A stretch of DNA of 63,583 bases, filler included, from Octopus bimaculoides (Eukaryota), in assembly GCF_001194135.2 (NCBI RefSeq). It is 3 parts of 3 records of this genome, joined end to end, with 100 filler letters (N's around TTAATTAATTAA, not from the genome) between each part and the next. Parts side by side here need not be neighbours in the genome. Positions count along the whole stretch, not along the records: positions 1 to 29,996 come from NC_068994.1; 2 more parts are not named here. The stretch is one strand, 5' to 3'. Both the position numbers and the translations under genes were made by a program. Positions 1 to 12,300 of this stretch are shown piece by piece (the first letter of the stretch is position 1; each line of letters starts with the position of its first letter). Below the pieces are notes generated by a model that saw only the letters and a list, made by a program, of their open reading frames with translations, was not told the origin of the DNA and did not search any database.

Positions 1-330
1 AAACTTTGCTATAGCTGAATGTAAAGAAGAAAAAAATATTACTATTCTAGGATTGTCTTTGTTTTAATAACACTTCTACAATTCTAAAAAAATGTTTTTC
101 TCCTTTGCTTAGACCCTAAAATTGATTGGATCTGTCTTTTTCTCAAAGTATTATTTTATAACTGCACACCCTTTCTATATAGTTTAACTGATGGGAAAAG
201 TTTCATTAACTCATGCCAAAAAAAGTTAACCCTTGAATGAGCTATGCCCACACACTACTTCTTACATTTAAGTATGAGATGGTATCAAAAGGTTCCTTGA
301 CTAATTATGTTTAATAAAAAAAAACTTATT

Positions 331-734
331 TACTCTTTTACTGGTTTCAGTTATTTGACTGTGGCCATGCTGGAGTACCGCACCGCCCTTTTAGTCGAGC
401 AAATCTACCCCAGGACTTATTCTTTGTAAGCCTAGTACTTATTCTATTGGTCTCTTTTGCCAAACCGCTAGGTTACGGGGACGTAAACACACCAGCATTG
501 GTTGTCAAGTGATGCTGGGGGGGACAAATACCGACACACAAACATAAACACACACATACATATATATACATATATACGACGGGCTTCTTTCAGTTTCCGT
601 CTACCAAATCCACTCACAAGGCTTTGGTCGGCCCGAGGCTATAGTAAAAGACACTTGCCCAAGGTGCCATGCAGTGGGACTGAACCCGGAACCATGTGGT
701 TGGTAAGCAATCTACTTACCACACAGCCACTCCT
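331..734 (-). mobile_element. tRNA-derived SINE, family A (near full length)
   Basis: A/B-box-like head (ggagtggctgtgtggt...ggttcagtccc), internal (TA/CA)n tract, shared body; further copies at 4572, 32071, 41565, 57035, 62408. Confidence 0.85.
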
Positions 735-799
735 GCGCCTATTTACCTAAGTTTTAACATCATCTCCTTTGAAATAGTCACCTTGCACCACAATACACC

Positions 800-1232
800 A
801 GACCCGGCATTCCTGCTATTCTTGGAATCCAGCCTGGAAGTTGTTTTCCATAAGTAAGGCGAGGACCTTCTGTGATTTGCTGTGGATCTTGACAACAGTG
901 TTAAAACGGTAACCTTTGAGCTGCATTTTCATCCTGGAGAAGAGATAGAAGTCTGCCAATGCATGCTCAATGTCTTTGTAGCAGACTTCCCAAGTTTAAC
1001 ACCAAATTTCTTGTTGGCTCTTTCTTCCTGTCCATGACAAAAATCGCAGGCCACAGCATACATGTAATCACAAAAACACAAATTCCACAACTTGCAAAGT
1101 AAACACAGTGATGTCACTCAGCACACTGCATCATGAAGATCAATGCCAGCTCTCACTGCACATGTAACTGTGTGCCGCCTTCTGTCGGTGCACTACAAAA
1201 CTAGTCCAGGAACTTTATGATACCACCTCGCA
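800..1232 (-). mobile_element. Mariner transposase remnant (N-terminal part)
   Basis: EERANKKFGVKLGKSATKTLSM; same family as 54200-54690. Confidence 0.75.
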
Positions 1233-1466
1233 TGTTTCTCTGTTGTTGTTACTAATTGTATATTACTCCCTCCTCCTACCATTTATTCTTAATGTCCTCT
1301 TGCCAACAAGATCTCGTATTAAATTTTCTTTTCAATTAATACTTAGCAAATCCCTCCCCTTCAGAACTAACTCTAACTCTGTGATCTTGAAGACCAATTG
1401 GAAATGATCATTAACTGTACTATCACTCATCCCCCCCCACACACACCTTTTGGTTAGCTCCCTTAA

Positions 1467-1687
1467 CCCTTTTGTTACCGTATTTATTTTGAGATGCTCT
1501 GTGTTTCTTTCAATTAATTTTAAATATAACAAAGAATTTAGTAAAATAACTTAGTTATCATTCAGCTAGTGTTAGGAACATAAATTGTGACTAAGGTTCG
1601 GTGGAAGATTTTAATTCAAAACTTATGAAAACAAGACATTTGTACTCAGAACCAGAGCTGGTTTCAGCCAGGTTGGTATCAAAAGGG
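1467..1687. mobile_element. piggyBac-type MITE
   Basis: TTAA|CCCTTTTG(T/A)TACC ... GGTATCAAAAGGG|TTAA; homologous copies at 55481 and 55857. Confidence 0.88.
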
Positions 1688-2720
1688 TTAATCGTAGATT
1701 TTATCTGCCAAGTCGACCTGGCTGAACTCATCACACCTCTCTCCAGACTACATAATATAGCTAGAAATCACAGTATATGAAGTAAATGAAGTGATGTGGT
1801 TCAACCGAGAACAAATATGCATTGCAGTCTCAGCTTTTTGGAAGCTTTATCACAGCTCCAGTATTCATAAAGTCTCAAACCACTGTACAAAACCTTGGCA
1901 CAAACCCTCAGATCAACCTAAAACCTTGTGAGGAAAACTGGACAGTACCTATTCTTGTGTGGTAATTTCAATCTGCTGCCTGATTTAGTACCAGTAATTA
2001 TCCCTCAGGTGCCTTTAGCAGAGTTCACTTAATTGCAAGTATTCAGACTGTCTTTGGCCTAATGCTTGTAAGTATGGTCTGCGGATGATCCATGTGGCAT
2101 TATTTTCCCTTCTCTTTCCCCCACTAGAATCAAAGGCCATTCAAAAAGTCATGGGTGCTACCCTTCCTTTTCTAACTGAAACATAAAAAAAAATCCTTGC
2201 CATGATAGAAGCAACCAGACTAATGTGTCTTTACCTCTATAACAAAATATAATGGTTCAGTGTCACAGTTACTTAATTATTCTGTATAACATTTTGTAAC
2301 AAAATTACTGCAGTTATGGATAAGGTTGTGAACTGGCAGAATTGTTAGCACACCAGGCATAATGCTTAGCAGCATTTCAGCCATCTTTACATTCTGAGTT
2401 CAAATTCCACTGAGGTTGATTTTGCCTTTCATCTTTCCAAGGTCGATAAAATAAGTACCACTTGATCATTGGGGATGATGTAATTGACTTAGCCCTTTCC
2501 CTGAAATTACTGGCCTTGTGTAAAAATTTGATACTAATATTACTGCAGTTGTGTTGTTTGAAATGGTGGGGCTGGACGAAATATCTCTGTATTTTTTTCT
2601 GTTTTTATCTCACGATGATATACTACTGTTACTTCAACTTCTTTATAACTTTCACTGTAAATTTAGAAATAATACATTTCTAAATCTCTCAGAGAGATTT
2701 ATGCAGTAGTGATACGATGA

Positions 2721-2970
2721 AGTAGTTGTATACTGTCAACTTAATGTGACAGTCCCCTGAAGGGAATAATACTACTGTTGGTTAGACCAAGGAAGCTGCA
2801 CCACTTCCTGTCGGCCTTGACACATTTCCTGTATCCTTATGTTTACAAACATAAGGACACAGGAAATGTGTCAAAGCCAACAGGAAGCAGTGCAGCTTCT
2901 GAGGTCTAACCAACAGTAGTATTATTCCCTTCAGGGGACTGTCACATTAAGATGACAGCATATAACTATT
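2721..2970. repeat. Near-perfect palindrome: 124-bp arms, 2-nt loop
   Basis: 2721-2844 versus reverse complement of 2847-2970, about 12 mismatches. Confidence 0.92.
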
Positions 2971-3116
2971 TCACTGTAAAATTTCACCTTATGCCTCATT
3001 GAAAGAATATAATTATATTGTTGCTAAGAAAAACCCATTTAAAATAAAGGCATACTCAAATACTTGATAATGAATCAAACTCACTATTTTTTCTCTTTTT
3101 CTCTTTATACAACCAG

Positions 3117-3249
3117 ATATTACACTAAAGCTGAGAAAGTACTTATCCAATACAATCATATGCCAAGCTTTAAACGAATTCATGAGGACTGCCTTGTAAT
3201 TGTAGATGAACTTTGCCAAAAGCTGAAGGAGAAATTTCAGGAGAAAGAT
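3117..3249 (+). CDS. VPS51: VPS51 exon ([25 protein letters not shown]...FQEKD)
   Basis: ccag acceptor, gtaaat donor; corresponds to the human QYQHLPSFRAIQDDC region. Confidence 0.92.
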
Positions 3250-4735
3250 GTAAATACATTTTGTCATAACAGCTAAAACCAGTTTACATCATAAGATTGT
3301 TTTTAATATAGGAGTGATCTTACACTTAACAAGACTTAATGTTTGGGTTTTTATGCATATGTGTGCATTATTATTATTGTTATTTGGGGAGTAGATGTCA
3401 GAATTGCCAGAATGCTGGACAAAAATGCTTAATTTTGTAGTTGTGTCCTTTTATGGTCAGAGTTCAGATCCTGTTAGATTATTTTGACTTGATCTTTCCA
3501 TTGTTGATAAAATAAATCACCAGTCAAGTTTTGGGATTGATTTGATTAAGCCCTTTCCCCAGAATTTCTGTCCCTCTGTCTATGTTGGATATTAAAGTGG
3601 TGGATTGGCAGAATTGTTTGAACACAAGACAAAATGTCAAGTATTTAGCTGTGGTGCTTTATGTTCTGAGTTCAAATCCTGCTACGGTCAACTTCACCTT
3701 TTATTCTTTCTTCCTTACTTAAGCCCTTTTCTCCTTATATAGTATAGGCCATCGATGATTTTTCTCCACTCTCCTTGGCTCTGGGCCATCTTCAGAGCCA
3801 CTCTCTTAGTGTGGGGGCACTACCTGAGAAGGTCTTCGTCTCCCAGGTCTTGTTGGTTTTGAATTGTCATCAACGGTTCTATAACTTTGCTTTTTTCTAG
3901 ATTGGGATGTTGACCTTATGCAAATCCACTTTTACCTTTGGAAAGAGGTGGTCCATATTAATCTGGCCTCTGTCCTTTGACCTGTCTAGCATGTCAGGCC
4001 CTCCCAGGAGCTTGCGTTCCATTGGCATAGTGCTGTGTGTCATTGAAGCACATAAGCCATCACACCACAACAAGGACTGGATCTTTCTTTGGAGGGGATG
4101 GGCTTGGTAAAACAGGACACCAGTCCAGAGAAATAGTGCTGTCAGAATTGTTAGAGTATCAGACAGGAGGCCTCGTGGTGTCTATTCCACCTCTGTATGT
4201 CCTGAGTTCAAATCCCATCAAAAACTAGTGACACTTCTGTCAAAGATTACTATTAACGGAGAGTATCAGTGGTTTGAATAATTAATAGAAACACTGTTTT
4301 CTTGATTTGATCAGAAGATCAATTGCCAGCATCTTCACCACAATTAGCCAGCAGTCAGTTAAACCTACTAAACTCTTCTTGCAAATCGATTTAGAAATCA
4401 GCCTCGTCTCCCTTTCTCCTGGGAAATTACAATAAAACAAAAATAGAAAAAAAATGCCTAGGGTTGTGGTATAGCAGAAATGGTAATGGCAGATGGTATA
4501 AAGTATCGACCATTTACTTTAAGTTCATCTTTGCTCTTCACATTTTTGGATTCAGTAAAATATATACAGTATAGGTGCAGTGTGGCTGTGTGGTAAGAAA
4601 CTTGCTTCCCAACCACATAGTTCCAGGTTCAGTTCTACTGCGTGGCACCTTGGACAAGTGTCTTCTACTATAGTCACAGGCTGATCAAAGCCTTGTGAGT
4701 GGATTTTGTAGGTGGAAACTGAAAGAAGCCCATCG

Positions 4736-4766
<31 letters not shown>

Positions 4767-6279
4767 NNNNNNNNNNNNNNNNNNNNNNNNNNNNNNNNNN
4801 NNNNNNNNNNNNNNNNNNNNNNNNNNNNNNNNNNNNNNNNNNNNNNNNNNNNNNNNNNNNNNNNNNNNNNNNNNNNNNNNNNNNNNNNNNNNNNNNNNNN
4901 NNNNNNNNNNNNNNNNNNNNNNNNNNNNNNNNNNNNNNNNNNNNNNNNNNNNNNNNNNNNNNNNNNNNNNNNNNNNNNNNNNNNNNNNNNNNNNNNNNNN
5001 NNNNNNNNNNNNNNNNNNNNNNNNNNNNNNNNNNNNNNNNNNNNNNNNNNNNNNNNNNNNNNNNNNNNNNNNNNNNNNNNNNNNNNNNNNNNNNNNNNNN
5101 NNNNNNNNNNNNNNNNNNNNNNNNNNNNNNNNNNNNNNNNNNNNNNNNNNNNNNNNNNNNNNNNNNNNNNNNNNNNNNNNNNNNNNNNNNNNNNNNNNNN
5201 NNNNNNNNNNNNNNNNNNNNNNNNNNNNNNNNNNNNNNNNNNNNNNNNNNNNNNNNNNNNNNNNNNNNNNNNNNNNNNNNNNNNNNNNNNNNNNNNNNNN
5301 NNNNNNNNNNNNNNNNNNNNNNNNNNNNNNNNNNNAAGTTGAATCAAATATCTATTATTTCTAACAATCAGTACCTAAACACCTAAGACCTGAGAGCGAA
5401 CGTGCATCACTTCACTGCCATCAAATACATTCTGTTGATATAAGTCTAATTCATTGATAAAACAATGAAATTGTATTGCCTTAGTTAGTGCAAGATTTAA
5501 ACTTGGTAATGTCCTAAGCACTAGCGTAGTGGAGTGGATGGAGGCAGTCTGTCCCAGGCAGCACTTTTAAAGGGGTACCACTTTTGGGTCTGCTGTAGGC
5601 AATATGTGTTTTTTGTGAGGTCTGGGTGGGGTGGGGGAAAATGGAAGGGCACACAGTCTAGTCACGCTAGTGGTCCTTTGCTATGTAAAGCATGGAAGAC
5701 CCTTCTTAGAAATTTACACTGACGTCATCATCATTATTTAAGGTCCACTTTTCCTTGATTGCATGGATCAGACAGAAGTGAGTCATGCATTGGAACTGAA
5801 CCCAAGACCATGTGGTTGGAAAGCAACCATTGTAACCACACTGCCATTCCTGCACCTCGAACATCTCATAAAAATTGAAAACATATCTTCTAATTATTAT
5901 GAAACCCCTGTTGTTAATAGGGTCCTAAGTGTAAACTTGTTTAATTTATGCTTAAATCCAACATTAGCCATGCTAGAAATGATGTGAGATTTTCAAGTAT
6001 GAATTGTAGTTTTGAAATGGAAATTATTCTCACATTTTCTGTCTTTCCTTTGCTGTAATTCTCTCTCTGTCTGTCTTTCATTTCTTTTCATATCATTTTT
6101 TCTTTGCTTGTCTGTCTTTTTCTTTGTCTCTTTCTCTCATTGTTTCTCTGAATCTCTTTTTCTTTTTTCCTTTCATTCTTCTCTTCTTTCTGTTTTTTTC
6201 CCTCTTATTCTTTCTTTCATTCTGCTATTCTCTCTTACCTTCTTTCCCCTCTCTTCCACTTCTCCCTCTCTCCCTCTCC

Positions 6280-6315
<36 letters not shown>

Positions 6316-6323
6316 CACACACA

Positions 6324-6357
<34 letters not shown>

Positions 6358-9300
6358 TGTAACACAGCATTGATTCTAATGCTGGATAACTTTATCTGGA
6401 GATGCAAGTGAGTGAAGCAGTAACAAAAAACTTGTTACTGCTCCATTGAGGTCCATTTCCCATTCAGTGTATATGTATGCAAGAGTAGATATTAAATTAA
6501 TGTGTAAAAAAAAAAATGTCATTTTGTATATTTTTATTATTTTCTGGCCTGTTCTATCTTTCTAGTGCCCGTCAAAAGATTGATGAAGATCTGGCTGAAC
6601 TGGAAAAGCAGATACAGTTACAATCTGGAGTAATTCCACTGATAGAAGAAGTAGAAAGACCTGCTCAAGCCTACATGATGGCTCCAATAGTAATAGATTT
6701 TATCACAATTCTACACATCAACTTTTGTACATACCTACATATCCACATGTTTTGTTGTTATTTCTATTTTCACATGTATATTTGATTACAAATATTTGCA
6801 TTCAAAACAACAATACTGTGTTCTCTATCTGTTTTTTTTATGTTACTACTAGTCATTGAGCTTCAATTGGTGATACTCTGAAGTTTCAGAACTCCATAGT
6901 GTTTCCAAGTAGTTAATGTGGGTTGATGAATTGTCAGTTCTTCCAACTGGCAATAATTTGCTGACTGGATTGGTTGACCCTAGACTGACCATTGGCTGAA
7001 GAGGCTCTTCCAAACAGACTATGTTGTGTAGGTTCACCAAATGAAGATCAATACACTCAACTTCACATTCTTCATGTTGCTTCCCTTAGCTTTGCCATGA
7101 CCCTGGCTTGAGAATTTTTCATCATGAAGGTTAACTCCTCTATATACACAATATTGGAGAACTGTTAAAAAATCAAACCTGATGCTTTGCAGTATCTATT
7201 CCAGCTGTTTGTGTTCTCTGTTTTTTAGGATAGACTTAATCTGTCAATTAGTTTAACACCACCATCTGCTCCTTGGGTACCTTTAGCAGGGATCGTTCTG
7301 TTGCATGCATTCAGTACAGTGGTGGATGGTGGTTGTAAAAACTTGGCAAACGAAGGTTTGTCACTCATTAGCAGCTGCACTCTCCCTTGTATGTAAGCAG
7401 TTCATTAACAAGATGTTCATGTTCCTGTTCAGATCTTAAGTATTTTCTGACTCTTAAGAGGAAGCTTAGATTTTGGAATCTGGTTTGTGATGTGGTAGTC
7501 ATTTGGCCATCATGAAAGGTAATCAGAGATTGTAAAGCTTAACATCTGAAATATGTTTGAGAGTTTTAAATGTCTGTTATGCTCACAAGGACATGGCTCG
7601 AAATGCTACATTCTGCATTTTTCATGGTAACTGAATTTAGCAAATTCCTATCATATATTACTTTTAAGGAAACAAAACAAATATCAAAATTATTGATCAA
7701 GCATAAAAATTGTTATATTTCAGGATGATTCTTTTTCTTTTTCTTTTCCAAATAAACACATGCACTATTTGTTTGTTCTTCACTTGTTTATTATTGTTCT
7801 TATTTTATTTTATGTCCATTGTCCGGAAATCTTTCGTCACGCATCTGTGACATCTTCAGCATCTCTTCCATCCACATGTTTCCTCCTGTTCTGTTTAGTC
7901 CATTCTGTCTCTCTTTGTTTTTAATAGGATGTCCTTGAATTTGTGGACCATGGCTGTAATACATTCCTCAGTAACATCTGTCTTGTGATAGCATCTTACA
8001 ATGACATGTTTTTAAACAGACTTCAAGAAGAGTAAGTTGCATTGTCATCATCATTTTTTTTTTTACCAATTTTTTCATCTCAATCATGTTTAGCACATCA
8101 CCTTTGACCCCCATTCCTTTCCATATTTTCCTCTTCTATGTACATTGACCGGTAGCAAAATGGCTCTTTTCAAAGCAAAATGGCACTTTTCAACCAGTAC
8201 TCATTGCCCAATAACACATCACTTGTTCATAAAGACATAGTTGTCTTTGTATATAAAAAAAAGTACTTGCAAACTCTTTGCAAGTGAAATGTAAATGTTA
8301 AAAGTAAAAAAGTGTGAAATAAACTTGTAATAAATTAGAATATTTTTCTAGCAAGAGAAAATATTCAGACAAGATTATTTCATGGGAATAGATACTGGAT
8401 ATTATGTGAATCATTTCAATATGAATGTTAGAGTTTTGCCTCATCTACAGCTACTACAACAAGCTATACTGCTCTGAACTAGCTTCTGCTTAATGCCCTA
8501 CCTCAGGCTCACCTAACATAACTGCATCTTTTCTTGTATCCCAGATTTTATGCTAAACACTTCTCTCAATTTGGTTTCTTCAGAACTCCAATTTCCAATT
8601 ATTTTGTACAAATGCAGAAATACAGATGCTCTAATTTGGGATGAGCTTCAAAGATTTTGGTCACAGCTTTTCCTTCTTTGACTAACATACTAAAAAACTA
8701 TACTAATTAGACCAGTCATGGGCGAACTGTGGCCCACTGACTTTCTAAATGAAAAATTACCTTGAATTTATTTTTAGTAGTGTGGCCCACCTGATGATAA
8801 ATCATCTCTCATGCAGCCAACTTTTCTTAAAAAATTGCCAATGCCTGAGTTAGACTAAGGAATGAGAACCCATTCAGTTTATTTAAAGGCATCATTATTT
8901 AATGTTCGTTTTCCATGCTTGTAAGGTCAGGAGCAGCACCAGGCTCCATTGTCTATTCTGACATGGTTTCTACAGCTGGATGCCTTTCTAACGCCTACCT
9001 CTTTACGGAGTGTCCAGGGTGTTTCTATGTAGCATCAGCACCTATGCTTTTAACATGGCACCAACACCAGTGCTTCTATGTGGCACCACCTCTGGTATCA
9101 ATTCTGCTGTTTTAGATGAGTCTTCTTGAGTATAATACTAAAAACAATCACCAATTTTACACTTTGGTTTTGTGGACAGCTTTGTGTGTTTGAGCTTGGC
9201 ATGATTTTATTTTTTAAAAAGCATATAATTTTGTTTTTCACCTATTTTCACTCGTGTTCATGTTATAAGCTATATGTAATATTGTGAAAAGATGTGTAAT

Positions 9301-12300
9301 GTGTACAATCTAAAAACTATTAAATGGTAATCCCATGAGATCAGTTATGCAAATTAGTCTTAAGAGAAACTTAAAGTCTAATATTATATTTCCAAATTTC
9401 AGTGAGAATTTAGATGCAATAGCATTGAAAAAGTTGGTGAATTTTGTAAACTCTCTCATGGAAAGGTACTTTGACTGTGTACACAAGAGAGTACTTTTAG
9501 AGGTGAGTTCATTTTAATATATAATCAGATTTCTCTGTTGTTTTTTCTCTGATGTGATTCACCAAAGATAATGTTTGTTTAAGAGTTTCAGATAAGAAAT
9601 TTATCTTGATTTTGTTTCTCCATACTGGCATATGTTAGACAAATCTGCAATATATCATTTAACAATGTGCATTTTGACCATAGTTTAACTTATCTATAGT
9701 AGAATATATTTTCCCAGTGACTTTTAGTAGGACTGAACCTGAAATCATGTGGTTGGGAAATGATCTCCTTAACCACACAGCCATGCTTAAGATCAGATGT
9801 CGTAATGCGAGTCTGATGAAGTGTCACCCCAGTGTAATCAACTGTAGATATTATGTAACTTTCCACATTGAATCATTTATGTGCATTGGTGTTAGGAACA
9901 GTATGATATCAAATCAATTGTAACTAAGAGGCTTTTCCAAACAGACTATGTTGTGTAGTTTCACCAAATGAAGATCAATACACTCAACTTCACATTCTTC
10001 ATGCTGCTTCCCATGACTTCGCTGTGACCCTGGCTTGAGAATTTTTCATCATGGAGGTTAACTCCTCTATATACACAATATTGGATGACAGTTGATACAC
10101 TAAATTTATTCTTCATCTTCTTACTTGTGCATATGATGATGATAAGCATTACTTATACACGTTTTGTCCCATTGTTGTCTCATAACTGTAAGGCCTTTAT
10201 TTGTATGTGTATATTTTATATGTACCAACTACCTGTGTCATTTTCCATTATGTCTCCTCTTCTGTCATTATTCATCATTTGTTTATTTTTGTCACTATCC
10301 TCTATGTTCGCTCATTTATTCCCCAACTGCTCTTTGCTGCTGATGCCACCAAAATGTACAATCTTGTCATTAAAGGCACAAAATTATTATGATTTTTGGA
10401 TGATAACTGATGAGGGAAGGGCATGTCCACATCTTCTGTACAATTTTTCCATAGGTTCCTTTGTCATCCTGCTGTGTAGTTTTTTAATCTCTTTCTCTTT
10501 CTTTATATATATATATATNNNNNNNNNNNNNNNNNNNNNNNNNNNNNNNNNNNNNNNNNNNNNNNNNNNNNNNNNNNNNNNNNNNNNNNNNNNNNNNNNN
10601 NNNNNNNNNNNNNNNNNNNNNNNNNNNNNNNNNNNNNNNNNNNNNNNNNNNNNNNNNNNNNNNNNCTGGATAGTTAAACTGCAATCTTTTCTGCGGGACT
10701 ATTAGTGACGCACATGGGGTAATTTGAGGAGGGATACGGAATTTACTAGTCGATATAAATTTGGAGATGCTGATTTTTCTTATGTGATATTTGATGTTGC
10801 ATGGTCAAATGTACATGGGTTTATTAGCATTTTCAGATTTATAATTTAGAATATCATGCTGAAGAGTGTAATGGATTTTTATAAAATTGAAAAACACGAA
10901 ACGTCGTACATGATTAACTAACGGCAGGTTTGTTTTGTTTATTTTTCCTCTTTTATCTGTGTGAATCATGAATATCGCTATCCGTTGGAGACTTAATTGT
11001 AGTTAGAATTAGTAGTTTTAACTGCTATTTCTAAATTTTCAGTATGTTGGTGAAGCAACTTTTGCTGATCCCTATATTATGTGTTATATATGTATATAAA
11101 TAAATATGCTTATGTAAATTCCTTTTGAATCCTTTCAGAAAGAAACAGGTGATAATACTATTCTTGTACGTGCTTTGGATCGTTTTCATCGGAGACTTCA
11201 AGCTATGAACAAACTCTTGCCTGACACTGACTTTTCACGGTAAGTTTCTATATGAGAACTGTAAAAATATGCATAGAGTGCTATTGCCAGAGTATTGTGG
11301 ACTCTACTGTCCATAACAGGTGAGGGTTCTACAATTTCTTCCTGAACAACCTGCACAAATGATCTGTTTATCATGATCAACTGTTTGCGCTGTACATTGG
11401 CTCACTCCCTATGCAGGGTGTACCACATGTCAGACGTTGCAATTGCAGAGCAAAGTGGAATTAACTATTTTGCTCAAGAACACAGTGCTCACCCAGTCTG
11501 GGAATTGAAACCATTATCTTGCAATAGTAAGTGCATCACACTAACCACGAGGCAATATACCTTCATTACTAGAATAGCTATCTTCTAAGGCGGCGAGCTG
11601 GCAGAATTGTTAGCACACCAGGCGAAATGCTTAACGGTATTTCGTCTGCCGCTACGTTCTGCATTCAAATTCCGCCAAGGTCGACTTTGCCTTTCATCCT
11701 TTCGGGGTCGATTAAATAAGTACCAGTTACGTACTGGGGGTCGATGTAATCGACTTAATCCCTTTGTCTGTCCTTGTTTGTCCCCTCTATGTTTAGCCCC
11801 TTATGGGCAATAAAGAAATAAGAATAGCTATCTTCTAAATGGTTTTGAACTTAAATGGTTCTGGAGGACATCAGACTGTGACGAAGAACAAATGAATAAA
11901 AGAACTGCGAAAAGTAAAGCAGATTCATTGAAAGAATACCTTTTGACATTTTTTTTGACGATAACATGGAGAGGAGAAAAATACATGTGCAGACACAAAT
12001 ACGAACACTTGCACAAAAGAACACACACACACACACACATAAGTTAAGAAGTAATAATTGTTACTTTTACATTGTCCAATGTTAGTTGCTTTTAAATTGA
12101 CGACCCTTCTGTTTAACACCATCTTTAGAGCCGGTACTGAAATTGTATCGAAGGCTGCCAGAGAAAGAGGAGCTTACTACTTGCAAATGTTGAAACAGCA
12201 CTTTTTAGGTTTGTATACACTTTATTCGCTTTTTCATTATTTTTCCCTATTTCTGTTATACATAATGTTTCACTTGAGCATAGCAATACTAATAACCTAG

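Noticed and set aside
4685-5386. Long ORFs spanning N-runs (also 21452-21956, 41851-42409, 44876-45624, 49521-50192, 60654-61319)
   Set aside because: They are open only because N codons are not stops; the flanks are SINE or microsatellite sequence.
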